A stretch of DNA of 64,000 nucleotides from an uncultured bacterium. Its GTDB lineage: Bacteria > Zixibacteria > MSB-5A5 > UBA10806. A model generated the notes under the pieces. It ran no database searches and was not told the DNA's origin. It saw nothing but the letters and a program-made list of their open reading frames with translations. This document shows positions 27,116 through 37,431 of the stretch, one piece after another (position 1 is the first letter of the stretch; each line of letters begins with the position of its first letter). The stretch spans positions 32,001 through 96,000 of the forward strand of contig CBEUCH010000010.1 in NCBI GenBank assembly GCA_965541585.1. The letters are read 5' to 3'. Made by a program: the position numbers and the translations under genes.

Positions 27116-28485
27116 TGAATATCAATCTGCGAAATAAGAGAGTCTCTGTCATGGGAGCCGGACGTTCCGGGATGGCCGTAGCGGAGGTTGTTAAATCGCT
27201 CGGGGGCATTCCATTCGTCAGCGATAGCAATGCGGTTATGCGCAGCAAGGCGGATCAGAGGTTATCTGAATTGAATATTGAATCCGAGTTCGGAGCGCAT
27301 TCGGATAAAATGCTTGACAGTGAGCTAATTATAATAAGCCCGGGCGTGCCGGCCGATTCCATAATGGTAAGCCAGGCAAAATCCAGGGGAATACCGGTCT
27401 GGCCTGAGATTGAGCTTGCTTACAGAATCTGTAAAGGAAAGATAATCGGGGTGACCGGGTCGAACGGAAAGACCACGACAACCACCCTATTAGGAGAGAT
27501 TCTGAAAAAAGGGAAGCGGTCGACATTTGTATGCGGCAATATAGGACACCCTTTTATCTCAATCGCGGCAACGGTTCCTGTTGATGGTTTTGCAGTAGTC
27601 GAGCTTTCGAGCTTTCAACTGGAGATGATCGAAGAATTCCGGCCCGATATTGCAATATTCCTGAATATAAGCCCCGACCATCTGGACCGGCACGGTGACA
27701 TGGAGGCTTATTTCGCGGCAAAGATGCGCATATTTGAGAACCAAAAGTCAAGCGATAAAGCTGTCATCAACTATGATGATGTAACATTAAGAGAACGTTG
27801 TAACAATCTTGAGGCAAAGATATCGTGGTATTCGGTCCATAAACCCATGGAAAGCGGGGTCCGGGCTGAGCCGGACGGCGATCTTATGGCTGGCACGATG
27901 AAGATAATTAACTCTCACCAGTTGAAAATCAAGGGAGTCCATAATCTGTCCAATGCTTGTGCTGCCGCTCTGGCGGCGCTTGATGTCGGAGTAGAAACAG
28001 ATGATATAGCGAATGTATTAAAATCGTTCCCCGGGGTGGAGCACCGTCTTGAACCTGTGCGGCTCATCGGAGGGGTGAGCTTTATAAACGATTCCAAGGG
28101 CACCAATGTCGACTCGGTCCATTGGGCGTTACAGGCGGTCTCCGCCCCGGTCATATTAATTGCAGGGGGAAAGGATAAGGGTTCGGATTTTTCCTCTATC
28201 AACGATTCAATAAAACAAAAGGTCAAATGCGCCGTTCTGATCGGCCAGGCGGCATCCAAAATTATGGCGACATGGGAAAAGAGCACGAAATGCAGGACTG
28301 CAGCCGATATGGAAGAAGCGGTGGAAGCGGCTTTCGAGGAGGCGGTCGAGGGCGATACGGTTCTCCTTTCCCCGGGTTGTGCCTCATTCGACATGTTCGA
28401 GGATTTCGAACATCGCGGCAAAGTTTTCAAACAGGCCGTAGAGAAACTTGCTTCCGGAAAGGTTCCCGATGAATGCAATAATTGA
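27115..28485 (+). CDS. murD: UDP-MurNAc-L-Ala:D-Glu ligase
   Basis: ATG 27115 overlaps the mraY stop; SPGVP, GSNGKTT, ELSSFQL, NDSKGTN, LSPGCASFD. Confidence 0.97.
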   Translation: MNINLRNKRVSVMGAGRSGMAVAEVVKSLGGIPFVSDSNAVMRSKADQRLSELNIESEFGAHSDKMLDSELIIISPGVPADSIMVSQAKSRGIPVWPEIELAYRICKGKIIGVTGSNGKTTTTTLLGEILKKGKRSTFVCGNIGHPFISIAATVPVDGFAVVELSSFQLEMIEEFRPDIAIFLNISPDHLDRHGDMEAYFAAKMRIFENQKSSDKAVINYDDVTLRERCNNLEAKISWYSVHKPMESGVRAEPDGDLMAGTMKIINSHQLKIKGVHNLSNACAAALAALDVGVETDDIANVLKSFPGVEHRLEPVRLIGGVSFINDSKGTNVDSVHWALQAVSAPVILIAGGKDKGSDFSSINDSIKQKVKCAVLIGQAASKIMATWEKSTKCRTAADMEEAVEAAFEEAVEGDTVLLSPGCASFDMFEDFEHRGKVFKQAVEKLASGKVPDECNN

Positions 28486-29599
28486 AAGACATCAGGATAA
28501 AATCTTAATGTTCTCCTCCATCGCGCTTATCATGCTGGGGATAATATTTATTTATTCCGCCTCGGGACCTTTTTCCAGGTTCATGAATCCCCCCAAACCA
28601 ACCTGGCATTTTCTCATGAAACAGAGCCTCTGGGCTGTTTTCGCTTTGACGACGATGTATATAGCTTATCGAATCGATTATGAGCTGCTGGTGAAGATCT
28701 CTCCTTATATGATGATCGCGGGAATCCTCCTGTTGATCGCAGTATTTCCTCTCTCCAGCGGAAATGTCAAACGCTGGATCAACATCGGTGGACTTACCGT
28801 ACAGCCATCGGAGCTATTTAAGATTGCGGCTATCATATTTATGGCCAGGGTTATAGCTAAACTGACCGGGAGAAAAAAAATATATAAACGGTTCATTCCT
28901 GCCCTTGGTCTTGTATTGCTGGGAATAGTATTGATTCTCGTGGAACCTGATCTGGGAACGACCGCCTTGATGCTGGCGGTCACGATTTCGCTTCTCTATA
29001 TCTCGGGATTTCCCAGGCGGTATCTGATACTGCTATTATTGGCAGGGATAATGATGGCCTCGGTTTTTGTTTTTGGTTTTAAATATGAAAAGGATAGGGT
29101 GGATTCCTATCTTGTAACACTGAAGGATCCGTTTGCGGCCGAGGCCAGTTATCAAACGCGCCAGTCTCTCGTCAGCCTCGGCTCGGGGGGCCTGGTCGGC
29201 AAGGGTCTGGCTAACGGCGGTCAAAAGCATCTATTTCTTCCGGCACGGCATACCGATTTTATCCTCTCTGCCGCCGCCGAGGAAGGCGGATTCCTGATTG
29301 TTGTTGTAATTCTAAGCCTATTCGGACTTATCGCCTGGTCAGGGGGTAGGATCGCCGCCTCCGCGGTAGATATCGAGGGATCGTTGCTAGCGTGGGGTAT
29401 GGTGCTTTTCCTGATTCTACAGGGTACTTTAAATATAGGTGTAGCCCTGGGACTTTTCCCGATTACGGGAATAACGCTGCCCTTTCTAAGTTATGGTGGA
29501 TCATCCCTGGTCGTCTGTTCTGCGGCAATTGGCATAACGGCGTCGGTATGGCGCCAGGGGAAATCGCCGCGGAGATATTTTAAGCGGTTCAAAACATGA
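28469..29599 (+). CDS. ftsW: SEDS peptidoglycan glycosyltransferase FtsW
   Basis: KRWI, QPSELFK, EPDLGT, LPARHTDFI, GITLPFLSYGGSS. Confidence 0.95.
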   Translation: MNAIIERHQDKILMFSSIALIMLGIIFIYSASGPFSRFMNPPKPTWHFLMKQSLWAVFALTTMYIAYRIDYELLVKISPYMMIAGILLLIAVFPLSSGNVKRWINIGGLTVQPSELFKIAAIIFMARVIAKLTGRKKIYKRFIPALGLVLLGIVLILVEPDLGTTALMLAVTISLLYISGFPRRYLILLLLAGIMMASVFVFGFKYEKDRVDSYLVTLKDPFAAEASYQTRQSLVSLGSGGLVGKGLANGGQKHLFLPARHTDFILSAAAEEGGFLIVVVILSLFGLIAWSGGRIAASAVDIEGSLLAWGMVLFLILQGTLNIGVALGLFPITGITLPFLSYGGSSLVVCSAAIGITASVWRQGKSPRRYFKRFKT

Positions 29600-30700
29600 A
29601 TGGACAGATCCGGTCAAAAGAGAATAATGTTTGCGGGAGGAGGCACCGCCGGACATCTGGTACCGGGCATAAATATCGCCCTGGCAATGAGGAGCATTGA
29701 TGATGCGGCAACTCCTCTTTTTTTAGGAAAGCGAAACGGAATCGAGCGGCAGATGGTGGAAAGATTCGGATTTGATATACGGGAAATCGACGTGGTCGGC
29801 ATGCGAAGGACACCGGTTGGCTTTCTGAGATACGTGTTAAATTGGAGAAAGGGTTACAGGCAGACGATCAGGATAATGGAGGAATTCGAGCCGATGGCCG
29901 TTGTCGGTACGGGAGGCTACGTCTCCGCTCCGGCGATCAGGGCGGCACATAAATTAAAGATCCCCATCTACATTCAGGAACAAAACAGCCTGCCGGGACT
30001 GACGACGAGGATGGGCAGCCGGTACTCCAATATTGTTTTTACATCCTATGAAGCGGCATCTAAATACCTTGATGCTGATAAGTGTCAACTTGCGGGCAAC
30101 CCGATTCGGCAGGATCTTCTTAGTGGAAACAGGGAATCGGCATATATGCAATTCGATCTTGATCCTAAAAAAAATACGCTGCTTGTCCTGGGAGGCAGTT
30201 CCGGTGCCGAAAGCATAAACGAAATTGTCGGTGCCATGGTATTGGAGAGATTTTTCCCGGAGAATTGGCAGCTACTATGGCAAACCGGGCGCAAGAATTA
30301 TCCCGATATATCCCGTTCTATACCAACTGACAGTTTAAGCGGAGCAGTCGTTCCGTTTATCGAGGACATGCCGGCCGCCTACGCAATTACCGATCTGGCG
30401 TTGTCGAGGGCCGGGGCAATGGCGTTATCCGAAATATCTGCAATCGGGCTTCCGGCTATATTGATACCATATCCTTATGCCACCGGTGATCATCAGACCC
30501 TGAACGCAAAAAAGTTTGAGGATGCCGGGGCTGCGATAATCGTACCGGAAAACCAGATGAATAAAAGATTGCGTAATACTCTGAAATATCTTATTGCAGA
30601 TGATGATTTGAGGAAAAGAATGTCCGATGCCGCACGAAAGATGGGCAGGCCGGATGCGGCGGAAGTTATCGCCCGGACAATCCTCGATGAGATAAAATGA
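29600..30700 (+). CDS. murG: Lipid II GlcNAc transferase
   Basis: GGGTAGH, GTGGYVS, EQNSLPG, GNPIR, SRAGA, HQTLNA. Confidence 0.97.
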   Translation: MDRSGQKRIMFAGGGTAGHLVPGINIALAMRSIDDAATPLFLGKRNGIERQMVERFGFDIREIDVVGMRRTPVGFLRYVLNWRKGYRQTIRIMEEFEPMAVVGTGGYVSAPAIRAAHKLKIPIYIQEQNSLPGLTTRMGSRYSNIVFTSYEAASKYLDADKCQLAGNPIRQDLLSGNRESAYMQFDLDPKKNTLLVLGGSSGAESINEIVGAMVLERFFPENWQLLWQTGRKNYPDISRSIPTDSLSGAVVPFIEDMPAAYAITDLALSRAGAMALSEISAIGLPAILIPYPYATGDHQTLNAKKFEDAGAAIIVPENQMNKRLRNTLKYLIADDDLRKRMSDAARKMGRPDAAEVIARTILDEIK

Positions 30701-32070
30701 AATTTAAAAGAATAAAAAAGCTTCACTTCGTAGGAATCGGTGGTGTGGGTATGTGCGGGATCGCCGAGATCCTCCATAACACAGGTTATCAACTGACGGG
30801 TTCTGATCTGAAGAAAACGGAGACGACAACTCATCTCCAGGCGATCGGTATCGAGGTCAAGTATTCGCATGAGCCGGCGAATGTCATTGGCTCAGACGTG
30901 GTTGTTATATCATCTGCGGTAGGGGATGATAACCCGGAGGTGATGGAGGCCAGGAAACTAAAGATTCCGGTCATCAGACGGGCGGAGATGCTGGCCGAGC
31001 TGATGAGGATGAAGATTTCTGTTGCGGTCGCCGGCACTCACGGAAAAACCACCACGACATCGTTGACCGGACATCTGCTCAAAGCCGGCGGCCTCGATCC
31101 CACGGTGATTGTCGGAGGCAGGGTTTTGGGTGTTGGCTCCAATGCTTATCTTGGAAAGGGTGATTATCTTATAGCCGAGGCGGACGAGTTCGACCGATCG
31201 ATCTCCAAATTCTTCCCCACGGTGGCCGTTATAACAAGCCTCGAACCGGAGCATATGGAGTGTTACGCAGATCTGGAGGATCTGGAGAACACTTTCGTTG
31301 AATTCGCCAACAGGGTGCCGTTTTTCGGAAGCGTTATAATCTGCATGGATGATCCCGGAGTACGGCGTATCGAGCCCAGGATCACGCGGCCTATGATAAC
31401 ATACGGTATTGATTCGGATGCGGAATTCAGCGCTTCGGATATCGCCTTCAGCGACGAAGGAACGACGTTCACGCTATATCATAACGGTTCCCGGGTCGCG
31501 CCGGTTCGTTCGCCGCTGCAGGGTTATCACAATTTGAGAAATCTACTGGCCGCCATCGCCGTGGCTTACGACCTGGAGGTTCCCCTGGAAACAGCCATCC
31601 CGGCATCCCGAACTTTCACGGGTGTCAGCCGACGGCTGGAACTTGCAGGCGAAGCCGGCGGCGTGAAGCTTTATGATGACTATGCTCACCACCCCACGGA
31701 AATCAAGGTGACACTCGAAGGTATGAGAAGAGTATTCGATGGTCGGCTGGTGGCGGTTTTTCAACCGCATCTATATAGCCGGACCAAGCGGTTCTATAAG
31801 GAATTCAGCGGATCGTTTTCCGATGCCGATATTGTGGTTATACTGGACGTCTATCCTGCTCGCGAAAAGTCCATAAACGGTGTCTCAGGGAAAATGATAG
31901 CTGATGCCGCGAAAGAATCCGGCCATACGGGCGTGGATTATATCGAAGATAAAAAAGATCTCCCGAATTTCTTAAAGCCGAAACTCCAGAGCGGCGATCG
32001 AGTGATCCTGTTCGGCGCCGGTGATATTTATAAATACACGAATAAAATTCTGGAATTGCTGAAGGAATAA
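30697..32070 (+). CDS. murC: UDP-MurNAc:L-Ala ligase
   Basis: GIGGVGM, GTHGKTTT, EADEFD, DDYAHHPTEI, FQPHLYSRT. Confidence 0.98.
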   Translation: MKFKRIKKLHFVGIGGVGMCGIAEILHNTGYQLTGSDLKKTETTTHLQAIGIEVKYSHEPANVIGSDVVVISSAVGDDNPEVMEARKLKIPVIRRAEMLAELMRMKISVAVAGTHGKTTTTSLTGHLLKAGGLDPTVIVGGRVLGVGSNAYLGKGDYLIAEADEFDRSISKFFPTVAVITSLEPEHMECYADLEDLENTFVEFANRVPFFGSVIICMDDPGVRRIEPRITRPMITYGIDSDAEFSASDIAFSDEGTTFTLYHNGSRVAPVRSPLQGYHNLRNLLAAIAVAYDLEVPLETAIPASRTFTGVSRRLELAGEAGGVKLYDDYAHHPTEIKVTLEGMRRVFDGRLVAVFQPHLYSRTKRFYKEFSGSFSDADIVVILDVYPAREKSINGVSGKMIADAAKESGHTGVDYIEDKKDLPNFLKPKLQSGDRVILFGAGDIYKYTNKILELLKE

Positions 32071-32795
32071 TGTTGAAATTTTTGGTGAAGCTGATAGTAT
32101 TAATAATGGCGATGGCGGTGGGCCGATTCGCCTATGAAAAGGCTATTGCTCTACCGCTTTTTGCACTGGATAAGATCGAACTGGAGGGCAACTGGGAGAT
32201 TGATCCGGATTCGGTCCGGGCTGTGAGCGGCCTTGAAGAGGGAAAATCGATTTATGATCAAAACCTCAAATACGCAGCATCGAGATTTTCGCAGCAACCA
32301 GGGGTAATAGAGTGCCGTGTGGAAAGAGGCTATTTTTCAACGATCTATGTGGAGATCAGCGTGGCTGAACCGGCGTTGTTAATAAATGGCGATGAACTTT
32401 ATGGTCTCTCGCGAGAGGGAATCGTCCTGCCTTTTGATACGCAGCTACCCGTTCTTCCGCTGGTTACCGGTCGTAGATTTTCCAGTGCAGGCTGTTTCGA
32501 CCGCCTGAAAGACCCGGATATCGCTTACGCCATAGAACTGTATGACGCGTTGATGGCGGTTTCCCCGGAACTGTGCGGTAGACTTTCCGAGATTAATTTT
32601 ACATCAGAAGATATTATGTATCTATTTTTCTCACCCGGGGGTACGAAGGTCGTTGTTGACAAACGTGATTTTCAGGATGCCGTTAAGAGGGTTGCGGCAT
32701 TGAATGAAAACGGTACTCTGAAAGGAGATAAAATCTACGATTTTCGGTTCGGTCCTGTTGCAGTGGAATCATCGTCCCATAAGGGGATTTTGTAA
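32070..32795 (+). CDS. ftsQ: Cell division protein FtsQ/DivIB
   Basis: N-terminal TM, POTRA-like region, LPLVTG, C-terminal YDFRF; immediately before ftsA. Confidence 0.8.
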   Translation: MLKFLVKLIVLIMAMAVGRFAYEKAIALPLFALDKIELEGNWEIDPDSVRAVSGLEEGKSIYDQNLKYAASRFSQQPGVIECRVERGYFSTIYVEISVAEPALLINGDELYGLSREGIVLPFDTQLPVLPLVTGRRFSSAGCFDRLKDPDIAYAIELYDALMAVSPELCGRLSEINFTSEDIMYLFFSPGGTKVVVDKRDFQDAVKRVAALNENGTLKGDKIYDFRFGPVAVESSSHKGIL

Positions 32796-32796
32796 A

Positions 32797-34026
32797 GTGG
32801 CCAAGAACGGGATAATAACGGGGCTGGATATCGGCACGACGAAAATCGGCGTGGTGGTGGCGGAGCCGACCGAGAACGATTCGTTCAGGATACTGGGCGT
32901 CGGTAACGCCCCCAGCGAAGGTTTGAAAAAAGGCGTGGTTGTCAATATCGAATCCGCTGTAGAATCTGTGAGGAAGGCGCTTGACGATGCCGAACTTATC
33001 ACAGGTATGAAGATCGATTCAGCATGTGTGAGCATAGCCGGAGATCATATTAAGAGCATAAACAGCCGGGGAGTTGTGGCCATTGGAAAAAACAGTACGG
33101 AGATCGTGCCTAGCGACGTCGAAAGGGCTATAGAGGCTGCAAAGACGGTGGCTATTCCATCGGACAGGGAAATCATTCATGTCCTGCCTCAAGAATATAA
33201 TGTTGATGATCAAGGCGGCATCAAAGACCCCGTCGGATTTTCGGGTGTTCGTCTGGAGGTGGATATTCATATCGTCACCGGATCGGTTTCGGCGGCCCAG
33301 AACATCTTGAAATGTGTCGAGAGGTCGGGGATCCTGGTCGATGAGCTTGTTCTCGAACCTCTGGCGTCAAGCTATGCTGTTCTCACAAAGGACGAAATGG
33401 AGCTCGGCTGCGTCGTTATAGATATGGGAGGCGGCACGACCGATCTCGCCGTATTCCATGAAGGAGCGGTTAAACATACCGCGGTGGTCGGTATAGGAGG
33501 TAAGAACGTTACCAGCGATCTGGCCATCGGATTGAGGACACCGCTCGATCAGGCTGAGCGATTAAAATGCAACTATGGCTCGGCTCTGGCGTCGCTGGTG
33601 GATGCAACCGAGATGGTTGTCGTCCCCGGGGTAGCAGGCCGTGAGTCGAAGGAAGTGTCGCGGTCGGTGCTGGCATCTATCATTGAGCCGCGGACGGAGG
33701 AGATCTTCTCTCTGGTCGCACGTGAATTGAAGAGAGGGCACTTCACGGAGATGTTGGCTGCGGGAGTGGTATTGACCGGCGGAGCTGCCCAGCTCGAGGG
33801 GGCGCTGGAGCTGGCAGAGCAAATTTTCGATCTGCCCGCCAAGCTGGGCACACCCCTTCAGTTCGAGAACAATGCCGAGATCACCCCGGGGCCCGCCTTC
33901 TCTACCGGGGTCGGTTTGATACATTACGCCACGTCCTGCCCTGATGGCGCCAGCCGCCGTTCCAGGCCACGCCGGACGATCAGGGCTGTTGACAAAATTA
34001 AGAGATGGTTAAATGAATATTTTTAG
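32797..34026 (+). CDS. ftsA: Cell division protein FtsA
   Basis: GTG start; GLDIGTTK, IDMGGGTTD, AERLK, GVVLTGG. Confidence 0.97.
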   Translation: MAKNGIITGLDIGTTKIGVVVAEPTENDSFRILGVGNAPSEGLKKGVVVNIESAVESVRKALDDAELITGMKIDSACVSIAGDHIKSINSRGVVAIGKNSTEIVPSDVERAIEAAKTVAIPSDREIIHVLPQEYNVDDQGGIKDPVGFSGVRLEVDIHIVTGSVSAAQNILKCVERSGILVDELVLEPLASSYAVLTKDEMELGCVVIDMGGGTTDLAVFHEGAVKHTAVVGIGGKNVTSDLAIGLRTPLDQAERLKCNYGSALASLVDATEMVVVPGVAGRESKEVSRSVLASIIEPRTEEIFSLVARELKRGHFTEMLAAGVVLTGGAAQLEGALELAEQIFDLPAKLGTPLQFENNAEITPGPAFSTGVGLIHYATSCPDGASRRSRPRRTIRAVDKIKRWLNEYF

Positions 34027-34069
34027 ATAACACCTATGTCTCCTTGGAGGGGAAGCAGGAAGGAGAATT

Positions 34070-35218
34070 ATGGTCTTTGAGTATGATTTCAGCGAAAGCA
34101 ATGGATCCAAGATAAAGGTCGTCGGGGTCGGCGGCGCGGGCGGTAACGCCATCAACCGGATGATACGATCCGGTTTCAACGGGGTTGAGTTTATCGCCAT
34201 CAACACCGATGTACAAGCGCTGGAGACATCGAGAGCCGATCTCAAGATCCAGATCGGGAGGAAGCTAACCAGGGGATTGGGCGCCGGAGCGGATCCGGAG
34301 ATAGGAAGGAAAGCATTCGAGGAAGACCCTGAATCGACCAGGAATGTGCTGGAAAGCGCAAACATTGTCTTTATCACATGCGGCATGGGGGGCGGTACCG
34401 GCACCGGCGCTGCGCCACTGGTAGCAAGAGAGGCGAGGGACCAGGGGGCGCTGACCATCGGAATGGTTACGAAACCGTTTGCATTCGAGGGGCAACTGAG
34501 AAACTCGCGTGCCAATTCAGGAATTCATCAAATGAGGGGTTTCGTAGATACCCTTATTGTCATCCCCAACGATAAGTTACTTGGCCTGGTCGATAGAAGT
34601 ACACCTCTCAACGATGCTTTCATGACTGCTGACGAAGTATTGCTCTCGGCAACCAGGGGAATCTCGGATTTGATTCTTATACCCGGTCTGGTCAATCTTG
34701 ATTTTGCCGATATCAGGACGATCATGCTCGATGCCGGGGAAGCGCTTATGGGCACCGGTGTGGCCTCGGGCGATAACCGAGGCGAAATCGCCGCCAGGAT
34801 AGCGTTGCAATCTCCACTCTTAGAGGAGATATCGATCGAGGGCGCCAGGGGCGTTCTGGTAAACGTCACCGGTGGTTCGGGTATGACCTTATTCGATGTC
34901 AGCATGGCTACGGAAACCGTCTGTGAAGCGGCGGGAAGTGGGGCAAATATCATATTCGGCGCCGTCATCGATGATTCCCTGGATGACAGGCTGTTTGTAA
35001 CCGTTATCGCCACCGGATTCGGCAAAAGTAAGAAAACAGACGAGCCGGGCGAGGAGATCGATCTTTTCGGATTCAAGACGCAGGGCGGCAAACGAATCAG
35101 GACACGCAGGGTCCGTCCGAAACGGGAGATTCTGGACAGGGTAACATCGCCAAATTACGTGGAGGAGGATCTCCGGGTACCGACTTTTATACGAAACGTA
35201 TCGGAGAGCGATAATTAG
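34070..35218 (+). CDS. ftsZ: Cell division protein FtsZ
   Basis: [23 protein letters not shown]-terminal DLRVPTFIR. Confidence 0.99.
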   Translation: MVFEYDFSESNGSKIKVVGVGGAGGNAINRMIRSGFNGVEFIAINTDVQALETSRADLKIQIGRKLTRGLGAGADPEIGRKAFEEDPESTRNVLESANIVFITCGMGGGTGTGAAPLVAREARDQGALTIGMVTKPFAFEGQLRNSRANSGIHQMRGFVDTLIVIPNDKLLGLVDRSTPLNDAFMTADEVLLSATRGISDLILIPGLVNLDFADIRTIMLDAGEALMGTGVASGDNRGEIAARIALQSPLLEEISIEGARGVLVNVTGGSGMTLFDVSMATETVCEAAGSGANIIFGAVIDDSLDDRLFVTVIATGFGKSKKTDEPGEEIDLFGFKTQGGKRIRTRRVRPKREILDRVTSPNYVEEDLRVPTFIRNVSESDN

Positions 35219-35396
35219 GCTTATATAATACTCAGAGTGGAAATAGAGTCGTTTCCTGTGCTGTCGACTCTCCGCCCATAGGGGCGTCCGTAGGGACGTA
35301 GTCGACAGATCCTCAGCAAACGACGGTGTCGACCGCAGAGGGTCGACACCACAATAATCGGAGAGCGATAATTAGGCTTATATAATATTCAGAGTG
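35200..35396. repeat. 40-bp direct repeat (1 mismatch) flanking a 117-bp palindromic REP/REPIN-like insert
   Basis: ATCGGAGAGCGATAATTAGGCTTATATAATA(C/T)TCAGAGTG at 35200-35239 and 35357-35396; the insert contains nested inverted repeats and four GTCGAC. Confidence 0.9.
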
Positions 35397-35425
35397 AAGA
35401 TGGCTTTATTGGGGGCCGCAAGCTG

Positions 35426-36436
35426 TTATCCGTTCCGCCTTATTTTCTTAACGCGGTTTGTGGCGTTTATATGATCACGAAGAGTATATGAAAAAATATG
35501 TGCGCCGTCACCCTTAGCCACAAAATATAGATATTTCTCAGCCGTCGGGTTTACCGCCGCCTCCAGCGATTTTACGCCGGGATTGGATATCGGTCCGGGG
35601 GGCAGGCCGAAGTTTCTGTATGTATTGTACGGTGATTTATAAGTGAGATCCTTTCTCCTGAGCGGACGATCCAATCCTCCCATGGCGTAGATCACTGTGG
35701 GGTCGCATTCGAGACGCATCCTCTTTCTAAGACGGTTTAAAAATACCGAGGCGATAGTCGGGCGCTCTGAATCTATCATGGCTTCTTCCTCTATCAAGGA
35801 TGCCAGCGTAACGGCCTCGTGAAACGTCAGGCCAAGCCTGTTGGCTTTTGCTTCGAAGAAATCCGGCAGATTGTTGAAGAAGTTATCCACCATTTTCGAA
35901 ACCACCCTGGCGGCATCCTCCTCGTAAAAGAAATTATATGTGCTCGGAGAGAGATAACCCTCGAGGTCTTCGGCCTCGATTCCCAGCGAATCCAGAAGAT
36001 CGGGATCGGTGACTATCTTTTTGAACCTTTCAACGTCCATTCCGATAATATTTTCCAATAGCCTGGCTGTTTCCGCCAGGGTATATCCCTCGCGGATAGT
36101 GATATTGAAGGGAGCGGCCTCTCCGCGGGTGATATCTCTCATGATGCGGGCTATTGAATATGACGGTTTGACGGCGTAGCGTCCCGCTTTCATTTTTGTG
36201 CCGTGTCCAAAGAGCTTGCCGAGGAATATGAAATTCGATTTCGATGATATGGCGCCCTGCTCTTCGAGATGCTTCGCGATATCGCTCAACGTCTCGCCTC
36301 TTTTAACAATGATATACCTGGTTTCATCCTTGAATTCGCTCCTGGGATGAGGGATGTGATAGGCGTATATATAGAATGACCCCGCTGCGAAAAGGCAGAT
36401 TATTGCGGCAATGAGAAACGCTCGATACGATGACAT
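35426..36436 (-). CDS. mltG: Endolytic murein transglycosylase
   Basis: LEGYLSPSTY, TLASLIEEEA, VFLNRL, LECDPTVIY, SPYNTY, GLPPGPI, YLYFVA. Confidence 0.96.
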   Translation of the reverse strand: MSSYRAFLIAAIICLFAAGSFYIYAYHIPHPRSEFKDETRYIIVKRGETLSDIAKHLEEQGAISSKSNFIFLGKLFGHGTKMKAGRYAVKPSYSIARIMRDITRGEAAPFNITIREGYTLAETARLLENIIGMDVERFKKIVTDPDLLDSLGIEAEDLEGYLSPSTYNFFYEEDAARVVSKMVDNFFNNLPDFFEAKANRLGLTFHEAVTLASLIEEEAMIDSERPTIASVFLNRLRKRMRLECDPTVIYAMGGLDRPLRRKDLTYKSPYNTYRNFGLPPGPISNPGVKSLEAAVNPTAEKYLYFVAKGDGAHIFSYTLRDHINATNRVKKIRRNG

Positions 36437-36443
36437 AACAATT

Positions 36444-36878
36444 CTACCTTTTGCTCGCCCTGCCGTCCAGATAGCTTTGCAATATTACAATTGCCGAGAG
36501 CATGTCTATCCTTCCCTTATCAGATCCTGTTTTTCCACCGGCCTCGTGCAAGTGCCTTATCGCCTGATGAGTCGTCAAGCGTTCGTCAACCAACTCAACC
36601 TCGATATTCAGCTTCTCTTTAATACTTTCGGCCAGGCGCCTTGATTTTTTAGCCGCTTCCCCTTCGGAACCGTTCATGTTCCTGGGAAGCCCCATTATGA
36701 TCAGCGAGATATCCTCCTCGCCGGTAATCGATCCGAGCTTTTCAATGAATTTTTCCCTGCTGCCATATTCAATCACACCGAACCCGGTGGCTATTCCCAG
36801 GCCGCTATCGGCTATGGCAAGTCCGACCCGTCTGTCGCCGGGATCGATCCCCAGTATCCTGATAGGGTTGTCAGTCAT
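36444..36878 (-). CDS. ruvX: YqgF/RuvX RNase H-like nuclease
   Basis: ILGIDPGDRRVGLA, GLP, VDERLTT, ILQSYL; ATG 36878 overlaps the NUDIX 3' end. Confidence 0.93.
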   Translation of the reverse strand: MTDNPIRILGIDPGDRRVGLAIADSGLGIATGFGVIEYGSREKFIEKLGSITGEEDISLIIMGLPRNMNGSEGEAAKKSRRLAESIKEKLNIEVELVDERLTTHQAIRHLHEAGGKTGSDKGRIDMLSAIVILQSYLDGRASKR

Positions 36879-37431
36879 CTGTTTTCGGGAGATCACCGCT
36901 TGACAGGAATACTCTGTAATCTGCTATGGCTCTCCGGTGGGCGCTGAAGGCGATATTGGCAGGCAGATCATCCATCCCGAAGAATTCAACCTCAACAGCA
37001 TCATCACCCGGTTTTAGCTTCCCGCCTGTAATATTTGCCAGGTAGAGAATCAGAACCACCATCGACCGTGGATCGTCACCGCCTTTATAATTCCAGAAGA
37101 GACGGGTGATCTCGATATCGAGCCCGGTCTCCTCCCTAATCTCCCGAATGCAGCATTCGACCGGCGATTCATCGTACTCCATGAAGCCTGCAGGCAGGGA
37201 CCAGTCCCCCACTTTTGGAGCATATTTCCTTTTTACGAGCAGCAGCCTGCCGCTATCCGATATTATCGCTCCCGCCGCCGGAATTGGATTTTTATACCAG
37301 ATGAAGTCGCAATCGGGGCATTTGCGACGCGTTCGCCCATCGAGCTTCTTTTCGACCAAAATCGCTCCGCACCAGGGGCAAAATTTGAAGTCGCGTGCCT
37401 CTACAAGTTTATGTTCCGCAGGGAGACTCAA
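36871..37431 (-). CDS. NUDIX hydrolase with N-terminal zinc ribbon
   Basis: FCPWCG...CPDC...KNP; NUDIX box GFMEYDESPVECCIREIREETG. Confidence 0.92.
   Translation of the reverse strand: MSLPAEHKLVEARDFKFCPWCGAILVEKKLDGRTRRKCPDCDFIWYKNPIPAAGAIISDSGRLLLVKRKYAPKVGDWSLPAGFMEYDESPVECCIREIREETGLDIEITRLFWNYKGGDDPRSMVVLILYLANITGGKLKPGDDAVEVEFFGMDDLPANIAFSAHRRAIADYRVFLSSGDLPKTDD

Noticed and set aside
35200..35396. CRISPR array interpretation of the 40-bp direct repeats
   Set aside because: There are only two copies, the 117-bp spacer is palindromic, the repeat includes ftsZ codons, and no cas genes are present.
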